From an archaeon (GTDB lineage: Archaea > EX4484-52 > WAPT01), in the NCBI GenBank assembly GCA_029258795.1, contig JAPDKB010000007.1, positions 192,001 to 256,000 of the forward strand: 64,000 nucleotides of DNA. Reading direction: 5' to 3'. Shown piece after piece: positions 36,948 to 47,816 of this stretch. The position numbers and the translations under genes are program-made. The notes under the pieces were generated by a model. It worked only from the letters and a program-made list of their open reading frames with translations, was not told the origin of the DNA and made no database searches. The first letter of the stretch is position 1. Every line of letters begins with the position of its first letter.

Positions 36948-38174
36948 GTGGATAGCATGCTGAGAACGCTTTTCACGATAGCTCTCAGGAACCTTTTCAC
37001 CAGAAGAAAGAGGAGTTTTCTCACAATCATAGGGATCTTCATAGGCATAACTGCCGTTGTCGCCCTCATTTCCCTGGGAAAAGGTATGGAGGAAGCCATA
37101 TTAGGTCAGTTTGAAAGGATGGGTTCTGATGTCATAACTGTAATTGCTCTTTCTGGTGGAGCGGCAACACCTATGGCATCGCTTATATCACCCACACCTC
37201 TAACTGATAAAGATGCGAAACTCATAGAATCCATAAATGGCGTGGAAAGGGTGAGCAGATGGGCTCTCATGCCGGATGCCGTGTTCATTGATGGGGAGCG
37301 TGTCGACACATTTGTGACAGGGGTGGATCCAGAAAACATAGATTTGCTGATAGGCGAGACCAAATGGAAAATAATAGCGGGGAGGAATCTTGAGAAGGGT
37401 GATAAGTATAGAGCTATTATGGGTTATGATTTTTATTCCGGCTTTGGTGTGCCGAAGCTCGAGATATACGACAAGATTGTGATAAGAGGACACGAGTTCC
37501 GTGTTGTGGGCTTCATCGAAAAAGTCGGTAACAGGCAGGATGACAGAAGTATAATCATTCCGCTTGACACGATGAGGGAGATGTACGGGATGGAGGACAG
37601 GCTCAGCCTGATATACATAAAGGTTATGGATGGGTATGATGTGGATGAGGTTGCTGAGAGAATAAGAGAAGAGTTGCGCGATAAGAGAAATGAAAAGGAA
37701 GGTCATGAAACGTTTCAGGTGTCAACCGCCAAAGAGCTGCTGGAAATTGTGGGTAGAGTCCTTGCAATAGTGCAGGCGGTTCTTGTGGGTATAGCAGCCA
37801 TTTCCCTCCTTGTTGGAGGAGTGGGTATAATGAATACCATGTATACTTCAACACTGGAGAGAACGAAAGACATAGGTATAATGAAAGCTGTAGGGGCAAG
37901 GAAACGGGATATCCTGCTCATCTTTTTATTCGAATCCGGGCTGCTGGGGTTACTTGGTGGGGTGATTGGTGTGATAGCCGGACTTTTCTTGGCCAAGGTA
38001 GTGGAAATTGGCGCAGCAGCCTATTATGGCTTTGAGCTGATAAAAGCATCCTACAATCCCTTTTTGATAGGTGGGGCTCTGCTCTTCTCCTTCTTCGTGG
38101 GAGCAATAGCGGGGTTCATCCCCGCCAAAAACGCTGCAGAGCTTGACCCCGTTGAGGCTTTGAGGTATGAGTGA
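36948..38174 (+). CDS. ABC permease (MacB/FtsX type)
   Basis: RSFLTIIGIFIGI, GGVGIMNTMYTSTLERTKDIGIMKAVGA, LDPVEALRYE. Confidence 0.95.
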   Translation: MDSMLRTLFTIALRNLFTRRKRSFLTIIGIFIGITAVVALISLGKGMEEAILGQFERMGSDVITVIALSGGAATPMASLISPTPLTDKDAKLIESINGVERVSRWALMPDAVFIDGERVDTFVTGVDPENIDLLIGETKWKIIAGRNLEKGDKYRAIMGYDFYSGFGVPKLEIYDKIVIRGHEFRVVGFIEKVGNRQDDRSIIIPLDTMREMYGMEDRLSLIYIKVMDGYDVDEVAERIREELRDKRNEKEGHETFQVSTAKELLEIVGRVLAIVQAVLVGIAAISLLVGGVGIMNTMYTSTLERTKDIGIMKAVGARKRDILLIFLFESGLLGLLGGVIGVIAGLFLAKVVEIGAAAYYGFELIKASYNPFLIGGALLFSFFVGAIAGFIPAKNAAELDPVEALRYE

Positions 38175-39141
38175 GCCATTAAAAAATCTTTCCTCCCAAC
38201 AGAAATGCATGTTCTTTCGGAAAAAGAAGAGGAGAATCGTGCTGGAAACTCGGAAACTGAGGTATGGATACAGAGATAAAGACGTGCTGAAGGGCATTGA
38301 TTTGAGTGTGAAAGCAGGTACAATTCTTGCTCTCATAGGGCCGAGCGGTTCTGGCAAGAGCACCCTGCTGAAAATACTTACCGGAGAACTGAAAAAGAGA
38401 AAAGGTGTGGTGAAGAAAAAAAGGCGCTTTCTCTTCCCGCTTCCCATCGGTTATGTTCCGCAGGAGCTGGCGCTCCTTCCAAACTTAACACTGCGCGAGA
38501 ATGTGAGGATTTTTGGAAACTTGTATGGGTTGAGTGGAAAGGAAGCGGAAAAAAGAGGGATTAAGCTGGCAAGCATGCTGAACATGCGAGATTTGATGGA
38601 TAGGAGGATAAAAAACATGTCCGGAGGGCAGAGGGTGAGAGCCAACGTCATGTGCTCTGTCTTGCATGACCCTACAATCATCCTTGCTGATGAACCGTTT
38701 ACCGGGCTTGACTTCAACAACAGAATCTTGCTGTGGAAATTTTTGCTCAAGATGAAGAAGAAAGGCAAGGCGATAGTGCTTACTACCCACAACCTGAATG
38801 AAGCTGAGAAATTCTGCGATGAGATTGTGATTCTCAAGCAGGGCAGGGTGCTTGTGAAGGGCAAACCTTCCTTCATCAGAGAGAAGTTGCGCGCGGGTCT
38901 GTGGCTGGAAATCGTGGTTAAAGGAAGTATTGGAAAGTTTGTGGGTGAGCTCCAGAAAATTTGTGAGAAAAACGACATGGTTCTGGTTGTTTACGATTCC
39001 TCACGATTTGCAGTGATGATGAAGGATGAAAATGAGAGGAAGAAAGTTGAATCGGTGCTGAGAAAAGCGGGCGTGGAGTTTGAGATTGTTGAGGCGAGAG
39101 TGCCGACGCTGGATGAAATATTCCTGAAGGTGGGTTCGTGA
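38167..39141 (+). CDS. ABC-2 type ATP-binding protein
   Basis: [37 protein letters not shown]; start may be 38209. Confidence 0.9.
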   Translation: MSEPLKNLSSQQKCMFFRKKKRRIVLETRKLRYGYRDKDVLKGIDLSVKAGTILALIGPSGSGKSTLLKILTGELKKRKGVVKKKRRFLFPLPIGYVPQELALLPNLTLRENVRIFGNLYGLSGKEAEKRGIKLASMLNMRDLMDRRIKNMSGGQRVRANVMCSVLHDPTIILADEPFTGLDFNNRILLWKFLLKMKKKGKAIVLTTHNLNEAEKFCDEIVILKQGRVLVKGKPSFIREKLRAGLWLEIVVKGSIGKFVGELQKICEKNDMVLVVYDSSRFAVMMKDENERKKVESVLRKAGVEFEIVEARVPTLDEIFLKVGS

Positions 39142-40391
39142 TGCTCCACTACAAGATAGCCGGCCTCGTGAAGAAGGACTGGAAACTGCTTCTGCAGGGT
39201 AAAAGCTATCTTGCTGTTGCAGCACTCCTCCCTCTTATTCTGGGAGTTGTGTTTGTCGCTTCCACCAAGTATAATGTAAGCAACTTGAGAATTGGTGTAT
39301 GTGCCGAGGATGAAAAGCAAGACATCTCCATGCTATTTCACAATGCTGAAAATGTTGGTGAGATAAGGGTTGTGCACGGAGAGAATGAGAGTTGTTCTGC
39401 GGTGCTGGAAGAGATGATAAAAAGTGGTGAGATTCATGTTGGCATAGCAGTACCACGCGGCTTTTTTGAGAACGTCAGCTCATACAGGAAAAGCAAGCTG
39501 GTCCTTATGGTGGATAACACCAAACCCGTTATGGCACGACTTGCCGAAATGGTGAGCGAGGAAATCGTTGAAAGCTCAGCTTATCAACTAAGGCAGGAGG
39601 CAAGGACCGAGCTATCCACCAGAATCGAGCTGGTAAAAGATGCGATGGAGCTGGTGGAAAGTGCGGCTCGCAATTATCCTGCAATCGTGCTGTTGCTTGA
39701 AACTATGAAGAGGAAGGTTGAAAGTGTTGAAAATGTGGACCTGGAGTTTTTCGTCACACCTGCGGAGGTTGAGGTTCATTATCTCCACCCCGAAATCGAT
39801 TTGAAGGGCTCCGTGTTCATTTACCTCCTTTCCATCCTGCTCTTCTTCACAGTAGTTATGCTCTCAGCTCTTACCGTGGTGTTTGAAAGAAACAATGGCT
39901 TTTTCAGCAGGATGAGAAATGCATCCATACCTTACGCGCTCTACCTTTTAAGCAAGATGCTCGTGTTTTTCCTTTTCTCAGCGCTTCAGCTGGTGGTGCT
40001 TTTAGCTGTGTTCTTGCTTGCCGGTGCTTCCCTTCCGTTGTGGAACCTCGCCTCCTTCACAAATATGATTGCTGCGATAGCATTCATATCATTTATATAC
40101 GCTCTTATTGGCGTTATCATAGGCAATGTGGTGAAGGAGAGTGGGGAAGCTGTGCTCGCAACGCTTTTACTTGCGCTTCCCATGACCTTCATGACTCACC
40201 TCTTTTATCCCCTTGATCTTCTCTCACCAAAAGTGTACAAGTTCGTCATGCTCATGCCCATAAACTATAGTAACTACCTGCTGAACAGCGCGCTCACAGC
40301 TGTCAAGCTCCCGCTTGAAAGTGTTATGTGGATGTTGATTGTTCTCTTTCTTGCAGCACATGTGAGCTGTGCTCTCTCAAGGAAGACGTGA
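39138..40391 (+). CDS. ABC-2 type permease
   Basis: N-terminal TM, large extracellular loop, ERNNGFFSR, multiple C-terminal TMs. Confidence 0.85.
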   Translation: MMLHYKIAGLVKKDWKLLLQGKSYLAVAALLPLILGVVFVASTKYNVSNLRIGVCAEDEKQDISMLFHNAENVGEIRVVHGENESCSAVLEEMIKSGEIHVGIAVPRGFFENVSSYRKSKLVLMVDNTKPVMARLAEMVSEEIVESSAYQLRQEARTELSTRIELVKDAMELVESAARNYPAIVLLLETMKRKVESVENVDLEFFVTPAEVEVHYLHPEIDLKGSVFIYLLSILLFFTVVMLSALTVVFERNNGFFSRMRNASIPYALYLLSKMLVFFLFSALQLVVLLAVFLLAGASLPLWNLASFTNMIAAIAFISFIYALIGVIIGNVVKESGEAVLATLLLALPMTFMTHLFYPLDLLSPKVYKFVMLMPINYSNYLLNSALTAVKLPLESVMWMLIVLFLAAHVSCALSRKT

Positions 40392-40413
40392 AGGAGCTGA
40401 AGGGTGGTGAAGC

Positions 40414-41022
40414 TTGAAACCAAAACTCAAGCTGATTGTGGAGCACCTCGAGCCCAAGCTCACGGAATGGCTATTGCTGGAGTACAGGCATGCTTCGAAG
40501 TGGTGGTATCCTGATCTAATTTTCACGAATGTGAAGAGCGGTGAAGATGCGGAAAAGCTCGGGCAGCTGGGTGAGGTGATGAGGGAGAGATTCTATGAAG
40601 TTGTGGAAGAGAGTGACAAGATTGTGGTGCTCGACCCTTTTGGGGAAAAGGTGCTTGAGCCCGAAGATTTGAAGGATGCGAGCTTTGTTGTGATAGGAGG
40701 GATATGCGGAGATGTGGAATTTGATGGCAGAACAAGGAAGATGGTGACCGCGCAAGCTTTGTCCTGCTTGAGGAATGTCGTGGTGCGAAACCTCGGCAGG
40801 GTTCATTTCCCCATAGATCAGGCAGCGATAATTGCAAAGCTGGTGGCCGAGGGGAGGAAGCTGGATGAAATAGAGGTGAGGGAAGGCATGGACATCGTGC
40901 TGGAGGAAAGCCGGGGGTTTAAGCGGGTGGTTCACCTTCCTTACGGGTACGTCGTGATCAACGACAGGGTTCAGCTCGCCGATGGCTTCACAGAATTCCT
41001 CAAAAAGGGGTGGGAACTCTGA
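40414..41022 (+). CDS. SPOUT methyltransferase, Sfm1/COG2428-like
   Basis: IVEHLEP...WLLLEY, LDP...LEPED, VIGGICGD...RT, RNLG..HFPIDQA, V.LPY. Confidence 0.85.
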   Translation: MKPKLKLIVEHLEPKLTEWLLLEYRHASKWWYPDLIFTNVKSGEDAEKLGQLGEVMRERFYEVVEESDKIVVLDPFGEKVLEPEDLKDASFVVIGGICGDVEFDGRTRKMVTAQALSCLRNVVVRNLGRVHFPIDQAAIIAKLVAEGRKLDEIEVREGMDIVLEESRGFKRVVHLPYGYVVINDRVQLADGFTEFLKKGWEL

Positions 41023-41561
41023 AGGAGTTCAGGATCGTGATAACCGGCAGGCCGGGGGTTGGAAAGAGCACGATGGTTAAGCTTGCGGTGGAGCTTTTGA
41101 AGGAGCATGGCGCAAGAGTGGTTGGCTTTTACACTGAGGAGATCAGGGATGAGAGCGGGAGACGTGTTGGGTTTGATGTTGTGGACGTTGAATCTCAGGA
41201 AAGATTTGCGCTGGCGAGAAAAGGGAAGGATGCCGAGAGAAAGCTCGGAAGTTATGGCGTAATGGTGAAGGAATTTGAGAGTTATCTTACGGGTCTGGAG
41301 AAAAGGATTGACAGCGCTGAAGTTGTGGTGGTGGATGAGCTCGGTCCGATGGAGTTCTTCAGCAGGAAGTTCGTGGAGCTCATGAAAAGAGTTGCAGAAA
41401 TGAAACGCTGGATTATTACGCACCACTTCCGTGCCAAGAATTACCAGGTTGTCAGAAATTTCTTGGAGCGTGCAACATGGAAATGCGCGCTTACTCCAGA
41501 AAACAGAGATGAGAAAATGGAGGTACTGCTTAAACTACTCCAAACATCTTTAGAAATATAG
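41010..41561 (+). CDS. THEP1-family nucleoside-triphosphatase
   Basis: ITGRPGVGKST, GFYTEEIR..GRRVGF, VVDELGPME, ENRD. Confidence 0.92.
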   Translation: MGTLKEFRIVITGRPGVGKSTMVKLAVELLKEHGARVVGFYTEEIRDESGRRVGFDVVDVESQERFALARKGKDAERKLGSYGVMVKEFESYLTGLEKRIDSAEVVVVDELGPMEFFSRKFVELMKRVAEMKRWIITHHFRAKNYQVVRNFLERATWKCALTPENRDEKMEVLLKLLQTSLEI

Positions 41562-42876
41562 CTCCTATGCCCAGAAAGCTCAGAAATCCAAAGATATCGG
41601 TGAATGTCGTCAAGATAACTGTGGAGGATGAAGCAGGATCACTCCCTAACTTTTCGAGCAGGAGCGGGATGGTCGCTCCAGCCAGAGCAGCAACCACCAT
41701 GTTCACAAGCATGGCCAGAAGCAAAGCCAGCGCTATGAGCATACTTCCTTTCCAGAGGAATGCAAAGGCCGCACCCACAACTCCTACCACCATTCCATTA
41801 ACCAGGGCTACCGCAAGCTCCTTCTTCACGACCCTGAAAAAATCTGCTGTGCTTATCTCTCTAAGAGCGAGGGATCTAACCACTATCGCCATGGTTTGGG
41901 TAGTAGCATTACCTCCCTCTCCAGCAACAACAGGCATGAAAACAGCGAACAGCACGAAGGTCTTGATAACATCCTCAAAAACATTCACAACGCTTGCAGC
42001 GAGAAATGCCGTGAAGAGGTTTATGATGAGCCACGGCATTCTGTTCCTTATGGACTTGCGCACGGGATCGAAAACGCGCTCCTCCTTCTCAAGCGAGAAC
42101 ATCTTGAATATATCCTCTGCATGCTCCTCTTCCATTATCTTCAGCGCTTCATCGATAGTTATTACGCCCACAAGTTTTCCATTTTCAATCACCGGGATGG
42201 ACATGCATTTGTGCTTTTTGAAGAGGTTCGCCACCTCCTCCCTGTCGGTGGTGATGCCAACCTTGACTTTCGGTTTTTTCATAATACTCTTTATTTTGGA
42301 ATTGAGTTGTGCTGTGATAAGCTTCTCCAACTTCACCCTGCCCACAAGCTTTCCATCCTCATCCACCACATAAACTTCCTTGGTGTACGTTGACTTCCCT
42401 GCTTTCTTCAGTTTCTTCACCACTTTTCCGACCCTCTCATCAGGATGTGCTGTTATGATTTCCCTTTGCATTATTCCTCCTGCAACTTCCTTGGAATAGC
42501 GAAGCTGTCTGAGTATGCTCTGCCTCTTTCTTTGAGGGAGGTAGGAGAGCACAGCATCCACCCTTCTCTCATCTTTAATAGCGCGGAGAATCCTACACGC
42601 GTCATCTGATGCAAGTTCCTCAAGTATGGATGCTATTTCGCTATCGGAAAGGGAGGAAAGAGCATGCTCTCGCTCCTCCTCTGTCATGAGCAGAAGAACG
42701 TCCCTCTTTTTTTCAGCATCAATCATTTCAAACAATTGGTGCCATTTCTCCCTTTTAATCCTTCTCAGAATGTGCACTATTTCAGCAGGGCTCATGTGGG
42801 TGAGAATGGACGATGCTTCTTTTTTCAAGCCCTTCTCCAGCAGCTGTGCAAGTTTTGAAATAATCCTCTGCATCAA
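41530..42876 (-). CDS. mgtE: Magnesium transporter MgtE
   Basis: N domain, CBS pair, RMPWLIINL, PVVAGEGGN, DPA, TTFTD. Confidence 0.95.
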   Translation of the reverse strand: MMQRIISKLAQLLEKGLKKEASSILTHMSPAEIVHILRRIKREKWHQLFEMIDAEKKRDVLLLMTEEEREHALSSLSDSEIASILEELASDDACRILRAIKDERRVDAVLSYLPQRKRQSILRQLRYSKEVAGGIMQREIITAHPDERVGKVVKKLKKAGKSTYTKEVYVVDEDGKLVGRVKLEKLITAQLNSKIKSIMKKPKVKVGITTDREEVANLFKKHKCMSIPVIENGKLVGVITIDEALKIMEEEHAEDIFKMFSLEKEERVFDPVRKSIRNRMPWLIINLFTAFLAASVVNVFEDVIKTFVLFAVFMPVVAGEGGNATTQTMAIVVRSLALREISTADFFRVVKKELAVALVNGMVVGVVGAAFAFLWKGSMLIALALLLAMLVNMVVAALAGATIPLLLEKLGSDPASSSTVILTTFTDIFGFLSFLGIGAIFLKMFGVV

Positions 42877-42914
42877 GAAATTACTTCTTCAAGGGTGCAT
42901 ATATGCTTTTGGGT

Positions 42915-45900
42915 TCATCCCGTATCTTCTCCCTCTTTTTTCCTCCTCTTTGCCAGCAGGAAGAACAGCAGAAGGGCTGCAAGCAACAGGAAGAGCAGTG
43001 CACCTCTTGTGCTCTTGAGCCATGCCAATCCCGTTATTCCAGAAGGTGGCAGTTTCTCTTTACTCAGGAGTTCCTCCACTATCGTTGAGGGTGAACTCAC
43101 CACTTTAACATCAATGGTGAAGCTTGCGTAAGGCACCCCATCCCTGAACAACTTCCATCTTGTGGTAAAGGTTCCTTCCTCCTCTGGCACCACGACAAAA
43201 GAGTATGTTTCGCCATCACCAAGAGTAAAGCTATCCTCGATGCTCATCCATTCGGGGCCAGTTATACTAATCGTGTAATTACCGCCCTCCGCAAAGCTCA
43301 CCATCACCTCGTTCTCCTCCATGTAGTACAGTACGAGCTCTCCATCCTTCAGGTTGTGGATTGTGATGGAAGATGGTAAGCCTTCAACCACAAACACTTT
43401 GCTATAGAGCGTCTTCCCCTCGTGCTTTATTTCAAGCAAGTGCTGACCTGGTTCCAGCCCTACCAGAGTAAAAGTGGCAAAGCCGTTCTTATCCGTTGTG
43501 ATTGTTGTGTAGATATTGCCATCTACATAAACATCCATCTCTGCATTTGGTGTGGCTTCCACATTTACCACGTAGGGAAGCTGGATGAAATCATCAATCA
43601 CAACGTTTTCCACTTCCGGAGTTTCTTCTTTAATAGTGGGTGGTGCTACATAATACGTTCCGCCTCCGCCACCTCCACCGCCTCCTGACGGCTTCTTGAT
43701 AACATTTACTTCTATCCTTTCGGAGGTAAAGCTGTTGCCTGCGTTATCATAAGCCACCAGATAATAAACTAATGTGGATGGAGTGGTGATGGTGAAGGTG
43801 CAGCTCGAGCTGTTGCAGGTTGATTTAAGCGCGTCGTTAACGTAAAGTTCTATTCTTTCCACCCCACTGAGATTATCTGTTGCGTTAGCCGAGATTGTCA
43901 GCTGCTCACCCTCCTCCGGCTCCTGTGGGCTGTGCTGAATCGCTTCGAACAGCGGAGATTCCATATCAATCTTTATCTCCACACTCTTGATTTCCTCGAC
44001 ATTTCCAGCATTATCAACTGAGTAGAAGCGCACATACCACACGTTGCTTTCATTTATCAGCTGTTCCTGCTGGAAAACGTTTTCTGGATTGCAGGTGTTG
44101 ATTGTGTCAACGCAAAAGTATGTTGCGTTACATCCGCTACTGTCATCAGTACAGGTGAGATTGAAGCTCACGCTTGTTGTGTACCATCCATTGTTGCCGT
44201 TCGGAGCTGGTGGATTTAGCGTAATGGTTGTTGTAGGAGGTGTTGTGTCCTCTCCTTCTGACTCTCTAACGGTGAAGCTTCCCTCGGGGGTGGTGAAAGT
44301 GTTGCCAGCTTTGTCGTAGATCTTGGCGTAGTAGGTTATGGTTGTGCCTGCAGAATAAGGTCCGCTAGTATAACTGCAATCCGCAACATCATCACATGTC
44401 TTCTCCAGCGTTCCATTCACATAGATCTCTATTTTCTCTATTCCAGACCCCTCATCGGAAGCCTGAGCAGTAAAGCTGACCTCGTCAACATCCGTTGGGT
44501 TTTGTGGAGAATGTGTTATGCTGCCCGAAGGTATTGCCTTGTCGATATAGAATGGGTTACTTTCCTTTATGCTTTCTGTGTTGCCTGCAACATCAACACT
44601 GTAATAACAAACCTTCTTGATGCAGACGTTTCCTGTTGAACATGTTACTGTTCCGCTCTGTCCAGAAGTATAGCCGGTTGTTCCGCATTCAGCTGTATTA
44701 TCCACAACCTTGTAATAAGTATTCTGGCATCCGCTTTTGTCGTCATTGCATGTAAGGGTGAAGCTAACATTCTGATTGGTCCAGTCGTGGCCGTTTGGAG
44801 AGATGGTTGTGGTGGGAGGTGTTGTGTCCTCTCCTTCTGACTCTCTAACGGTGAAGCTTCCCTCGGGGGTGGTGAAAGTGTTGCCAGCTTTGTCGTAGAT
44901 CTTGGCGTAGTAGGTTATGGTTGTGCCTGCTGGAAAGCTTCCTGCATTGTAGGAGCATGAAGTTGTGGAGGTGCATGTGGTTGCGAGATTACCATCAACA
45001 TAAATCTCGATTTTGTCTATGCCCGAGCCATCATCGCTGGCTGTTGTGGAAATGGTCACAGCATCCTCATCTGTTGGGTTCTGGGGGGAGTGAGTCACAC
45101 TTCCGGTTGGCGCTTTCTTGTCGATGTAAAATGGGTTGCTCTCCTTAACGCTTTCCTTGTTTCCTTCGTTATCAACGGAGTAGAAGCAAACCTTCTTGAT
45201 GCAAACACTTCCGTCAGCACACGTTACCGTGCCGCTCTGTCCACTAGTATATCCACTTGATGGACACGTCTGGTCGTTGTTGATAATAGTGTAGTATGTG
45301 GCGCTACACCCCGAATAATCGTCAACACAAGTGAGGGTAAAGCCCACATCTTCATTCGTCCAGCTGTGTCCGTTTGGAGAGATGGTTGTGGTGGGAGGAG
45401 TGGTGTCAGTAACAACGATATTCACCACCACCGTGTCTTTTCCTTCCAGACCCTTATCATCAGCAACAACCAGTTCTATCGTGTAGCTTCCCTCCTCGCT
45501 GAATGTGAGCTGTATGCTCTGTGCTGTCGAATCAGCAACACCATCACCGTCCGTGTCCCAGCGATAGGTTATCGGATCTCCGTCCGGATCGTAGCTTGGT
45601 GAGCCATCAAAGGTGAGGGTTGTTCCCGGCTCAACCGTTACGCTGTTTACATCCTCTCCGTTGGTGAGGATAATGGCTACGGGGGCTGTGTTTTTTGGCT
45701 TCTCAAGCACAGTAACCTTCCAGCTTGCTGAGACGGATGATTTACCGTCTGTGACCTTAACCTCGATGGTGTAAAGGCCGGCTGAGCTTCCCTCAAACAG
45801 GAAGGATGATGTGGCTGTGCTTGAGAGTGTCTCGCGCTTGGATTCCGCTCCATCAACCCTCCAGATGAACGTCAACGGGTCTCCATCGGGATCCGTGGCT

Positions 45901-47813
45901 TTTACGAAAAATGCCATGCTCTCTCCAACATAGATAGAGTAGTCGCTCCCGGCAGTTTTGTCAACTATAACAGGCGGATCATTCTGCACGAATGTGAAGC
46001 TTATCGAATCTGACGCGCTTGCACCATCAGGATCCGTGGCTGTGAATGTGACTGTAGCACTGCCTTCCTGCGATGCGGTTATGGTTGCCGCCCCGTTGTT
46101 TATGGTCACGGTGACAAAGCTTTTGGAAGGTGTTGCTTGTATGCTCAAACTGTCGAAAGCATCGTCGGGATCATAAATGTAATTCTTCAAGTTTATGGTA
46201 TATGCGGTTCCAACATCTACACTTACAGGCTGGTCTATGGATGAGAAATCAACAACCGGCGGGATGTTCACCTTTCTGAGGTATATTACCTTTGTGATGT
46301 CAGTATTAACGCTGAGCACATCCGATTCAGTGTGGTATCCGGATTTTGAAGCTTCGTAATGATACTCTCCTTCCGGCACGGAGGTGAATGTTGCTTTTCC
46401 ATCCGAGCCCGTATAGAGAGTTTTGTCATAGTTTCCAACGTCATCCCACAATCTGATCTGCGCATTTTCAAGAGGGGATTTCGTTTCATCATCATAAACG
46501 GTGAATGTTACCGTGTGAGTTTTTTTCAGCACGTTAACATTCGCTTCCTGCACCTCCACCTCATTGCTCAACCCATCGCACATGCTGCTTGAAGCCACAC
46601 CTTCCACTCTCAGCGTGTAGGAAGCTGGTGGATATGCTCCGATCACATCTTCATAGCTCTTGTAGGTGAGAGTTTGAGGAGCGCTTGAGGTGAACGTGGT
46701 GGAGTAAGCAGCTGAGCCTGTGGAAGAGTCCACCAGAGTTATGGTGAGCTTGGTGTCAACCGGTATCACCGTGCTTTCATCTATGTAGAGAGCACTCAAA
46801 TAATTAAAAGCGACCTTTATCGCTTCACCTTCCACTATCTCATAATCTCCATGCTCATCCGTCACAGCCAGATTCTGTATTCTGGTGTAACAGTAAGATG
46901 ATGAAGGATCCCTCACATAAGTTGTGGTGCTCTCATAATCATCCACGGGATTTCTTATCTGGCTGTCCACTATTTTGGATATAACCTTGATTGTGTACTT
47001 GCCTGTGGCATCGGGCGTCCACGTGAACTTGTCCTGGAAGGCGCATTCATCAGCGGGCACGCTTGTCTGTAACGAGTCCGTATAAACAAGGTTTCCGCTA
47101 GCATCTCTCACCTCGAGCACAAGCTGTGTATCCACACTGTAATCTATGTACACTCCATCTTCTGGAGGATAGTAGCCCACTATGTTCGTTTTCTTGAAGG
47201 CACTGCACACCTCGTTTGAAATGCTGGCGGGCACGCCAATCTCAAGCGGAAGATTCACATCGTTTATGTTGGTCACTTCCAGCTTCTGAATTTCAGCTAT
47301 ACCTCCATCTTTTTTGATGAGGGTTGCTATGTAGGGATTTGAAGGATTGTTGTTTGTAGGATCTCCACATGCGAAATGTTGATATGATGATTCACAGTAA
47401 GGGCGTGCTACATCAGCGTAGCCTATGTAATCCTTTCCGAAGTAGTAAGTTGCATATTTCTTGCTTTTAACATTAGGAACGTTCTGATAGCGCACTACTA
47501 TTGGCTCATTCGTGTTCACAATACTTACTTTATATGATGACAGACAACTCTCTAGCAAGTCCTTGTCGTAATAATATTTGAGCACGCATGCATTCCATGC
47601 TTCTCCCTTGTAAAAAAGCACAGGATTGTTAAAGTTCATGGACGAACATGTCGCATCAGCACACTCCCAACCGAGAAGCTTTACCTGCGTGCTGCCACCA
47701 TCGTCCGTAACTACCTTCCACACCTCGAAATAATCTTTAGCTATAGCTGAAGCCGGTAAAATAAGAATGAGTGCTACCACCCACGCCAAAATCGTGAACA
47801 ACTTTCGCATCAT
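42915..47813 (-). CDS. Large (1632 aa) surface protein with PKD/Ig-like domains, tandem ~193-aa repeats and C-terminal TM
   Basis: Signal peptide; DPDGD..Y.WD PKD motif; three DTTPPTTTI-started repeats; poly-Gly linker; GITGLA + TM + KRRKK. Confidence 0.85.
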   Translation of the reverse strand: MMRKLFTILAWVVALILILPASAIAKDYFEVWKVVTDDGGSTQVKLLGWECADATCSSMNFNNPVLFYKGEAWNACVLKYYYDKDLLESCLSSYKVSIVNTNEPIVVRYQNVPNVKSKKYATYYFGKDYIGYADVARPYCESSYQHFACGDPTNNNPSNPYIATLIKKDGGIAEIQKLEVTNINDVNLPLEIGVPASISNEVCSAFKKTNIVGYYPPEDGVYIDYSVDTQLVLEVRDASGNLVYTDSLQTSVPADECAFQDKFTWTPDATGKYTIKVISKIVDSQIRNPVDDYESTTTYVRDPSSSYCYTRIQNLAVTDEHGDYEIVEGEAIKVAFNYLSALYIDESTVIPVDTKLTITLVDSSTGSAAYSTTFTSSAPQTLTYKSYEDVIGAYPPASYTLRVEGVASSSMCDGLSNEVEVQEANVNVLKKTHTVTFTVYDDETKSPLENAQIRLWDDVGNYDKTLYTGSDGKATFTSVPEGEYHYEASKSGYHTESDVLSVNTDITKVIYLRKVNIPPVVDFSSIDQPVSVDVGTAYTINLKNYIYDPDDAFDSLSIQATPSKSFVTVTINNGAATITASQEGSATVTFTATDPDGASASDSISFTFVQNDPPVIVDKTAGSDYSIYVGESMAFFVKATDPDGDPLTFIWRVDGAESKRETLSSTATSSFLFEGSSAGLYTIEVKVTDGKSSVSASWKVTVLEKPKNTAPVAIILTNGEDVNSVTVEPGTTLTFDGSPSYDPDGDPITYRWDTDGDGVADSTAQSIQLTFSEEGSYTIELVVADDKGLEGKDTVVVNIVVTDTTPPTTTISPNGHSWTNEDVGFTLTCVDDYSGCSATYYTIINNDQTCPSSGYTSGQSGTVTCADGSVCIKKVCFYSVDNEGNKESVKESNPFYIDKKAPTGSVTHSPQNPTDEDAVTISTTASDDGSGIDKIEIYVDGNLATTCTSTTSCSYNAGSFPAGTTITYYAKIYDKAGNTFTTPEGSFTVRESEGEDTTPPTTTISPNGHDWTNQNVSFTLTCNDDKSGCQNTYYKVVDNTAECGTTGYTSGQSGTVTCSTGNVCIKKVCYYSVDVAGNTESIKESNPFYIDKAIPSGSITHSPQNPTDVDEVSFTAQASDEGSGIEKIEIYVNGTLEKTCDDVADCSYTSGPYSAGTTITYYAKIYDKAGNTFTTPEGSFTVRESEGEDTTPPTTTITLNPPAPNGNNGWYTTSVSFNLTCTDDSSGCNATYFCVDTINTCNPENVFQQEQLINESNVWYVRFYSVDNAGNVEEIKSVEIKIDMESPLFEAIQHSPQEPEEGEQLTISANATDNLSGVERIELYVNDALKSTCNSSSCTFTITTPSTLVYYLVAYDNAGNSFTSERIEVNVIKKPSGGGGGGGGGTYYVAPPTIKEETPEVENVVIDDFIQLPYVVNVEATPNAEMDVYVDGNIYTTITTDKNGFATFTLVGLEPGQHLLEIKHEGKTLYSKVFVVEGLPSSITIHNLKDGELVLYYMEENEVMVSFAEGGNYTISITGPEWMSIEDSFTLGDGETYSFVVVPEEEGTFTTRWKLFRDGVPYASFTIDVKVVSSPSTIVEELLSKEKLPPSGITGLAWLKSTRGALLFLLLAALLLFFLLAKRRKKEGEDTG
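44236..44930. repeat. Identical 116-bp direct repeat (44236-44351 and 44815-44930) within 579-bp tandem units
   Basis: Base-by-base comparison; a further identical 29-bp block at 44791-44819 and 45370-45398 has the same 579-bp offset. Confidence 0.9.
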
Positions 47814-47816
47814 ACC

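Noticed and set aside
35021-40391. Two tandem ABC systems with a COG1361 protein as a novel system
   Set aside because: Common archaeal arrangement with no unusual component seen.
44236-44930. 116-bp repeat as DGR template/variable repeat or CRISPR
   Set aside because: Copies are identical with no adenine-specific mismatches, both are in frame in one gene, and no reverse transcriptase, spacers or cas genes are seen.
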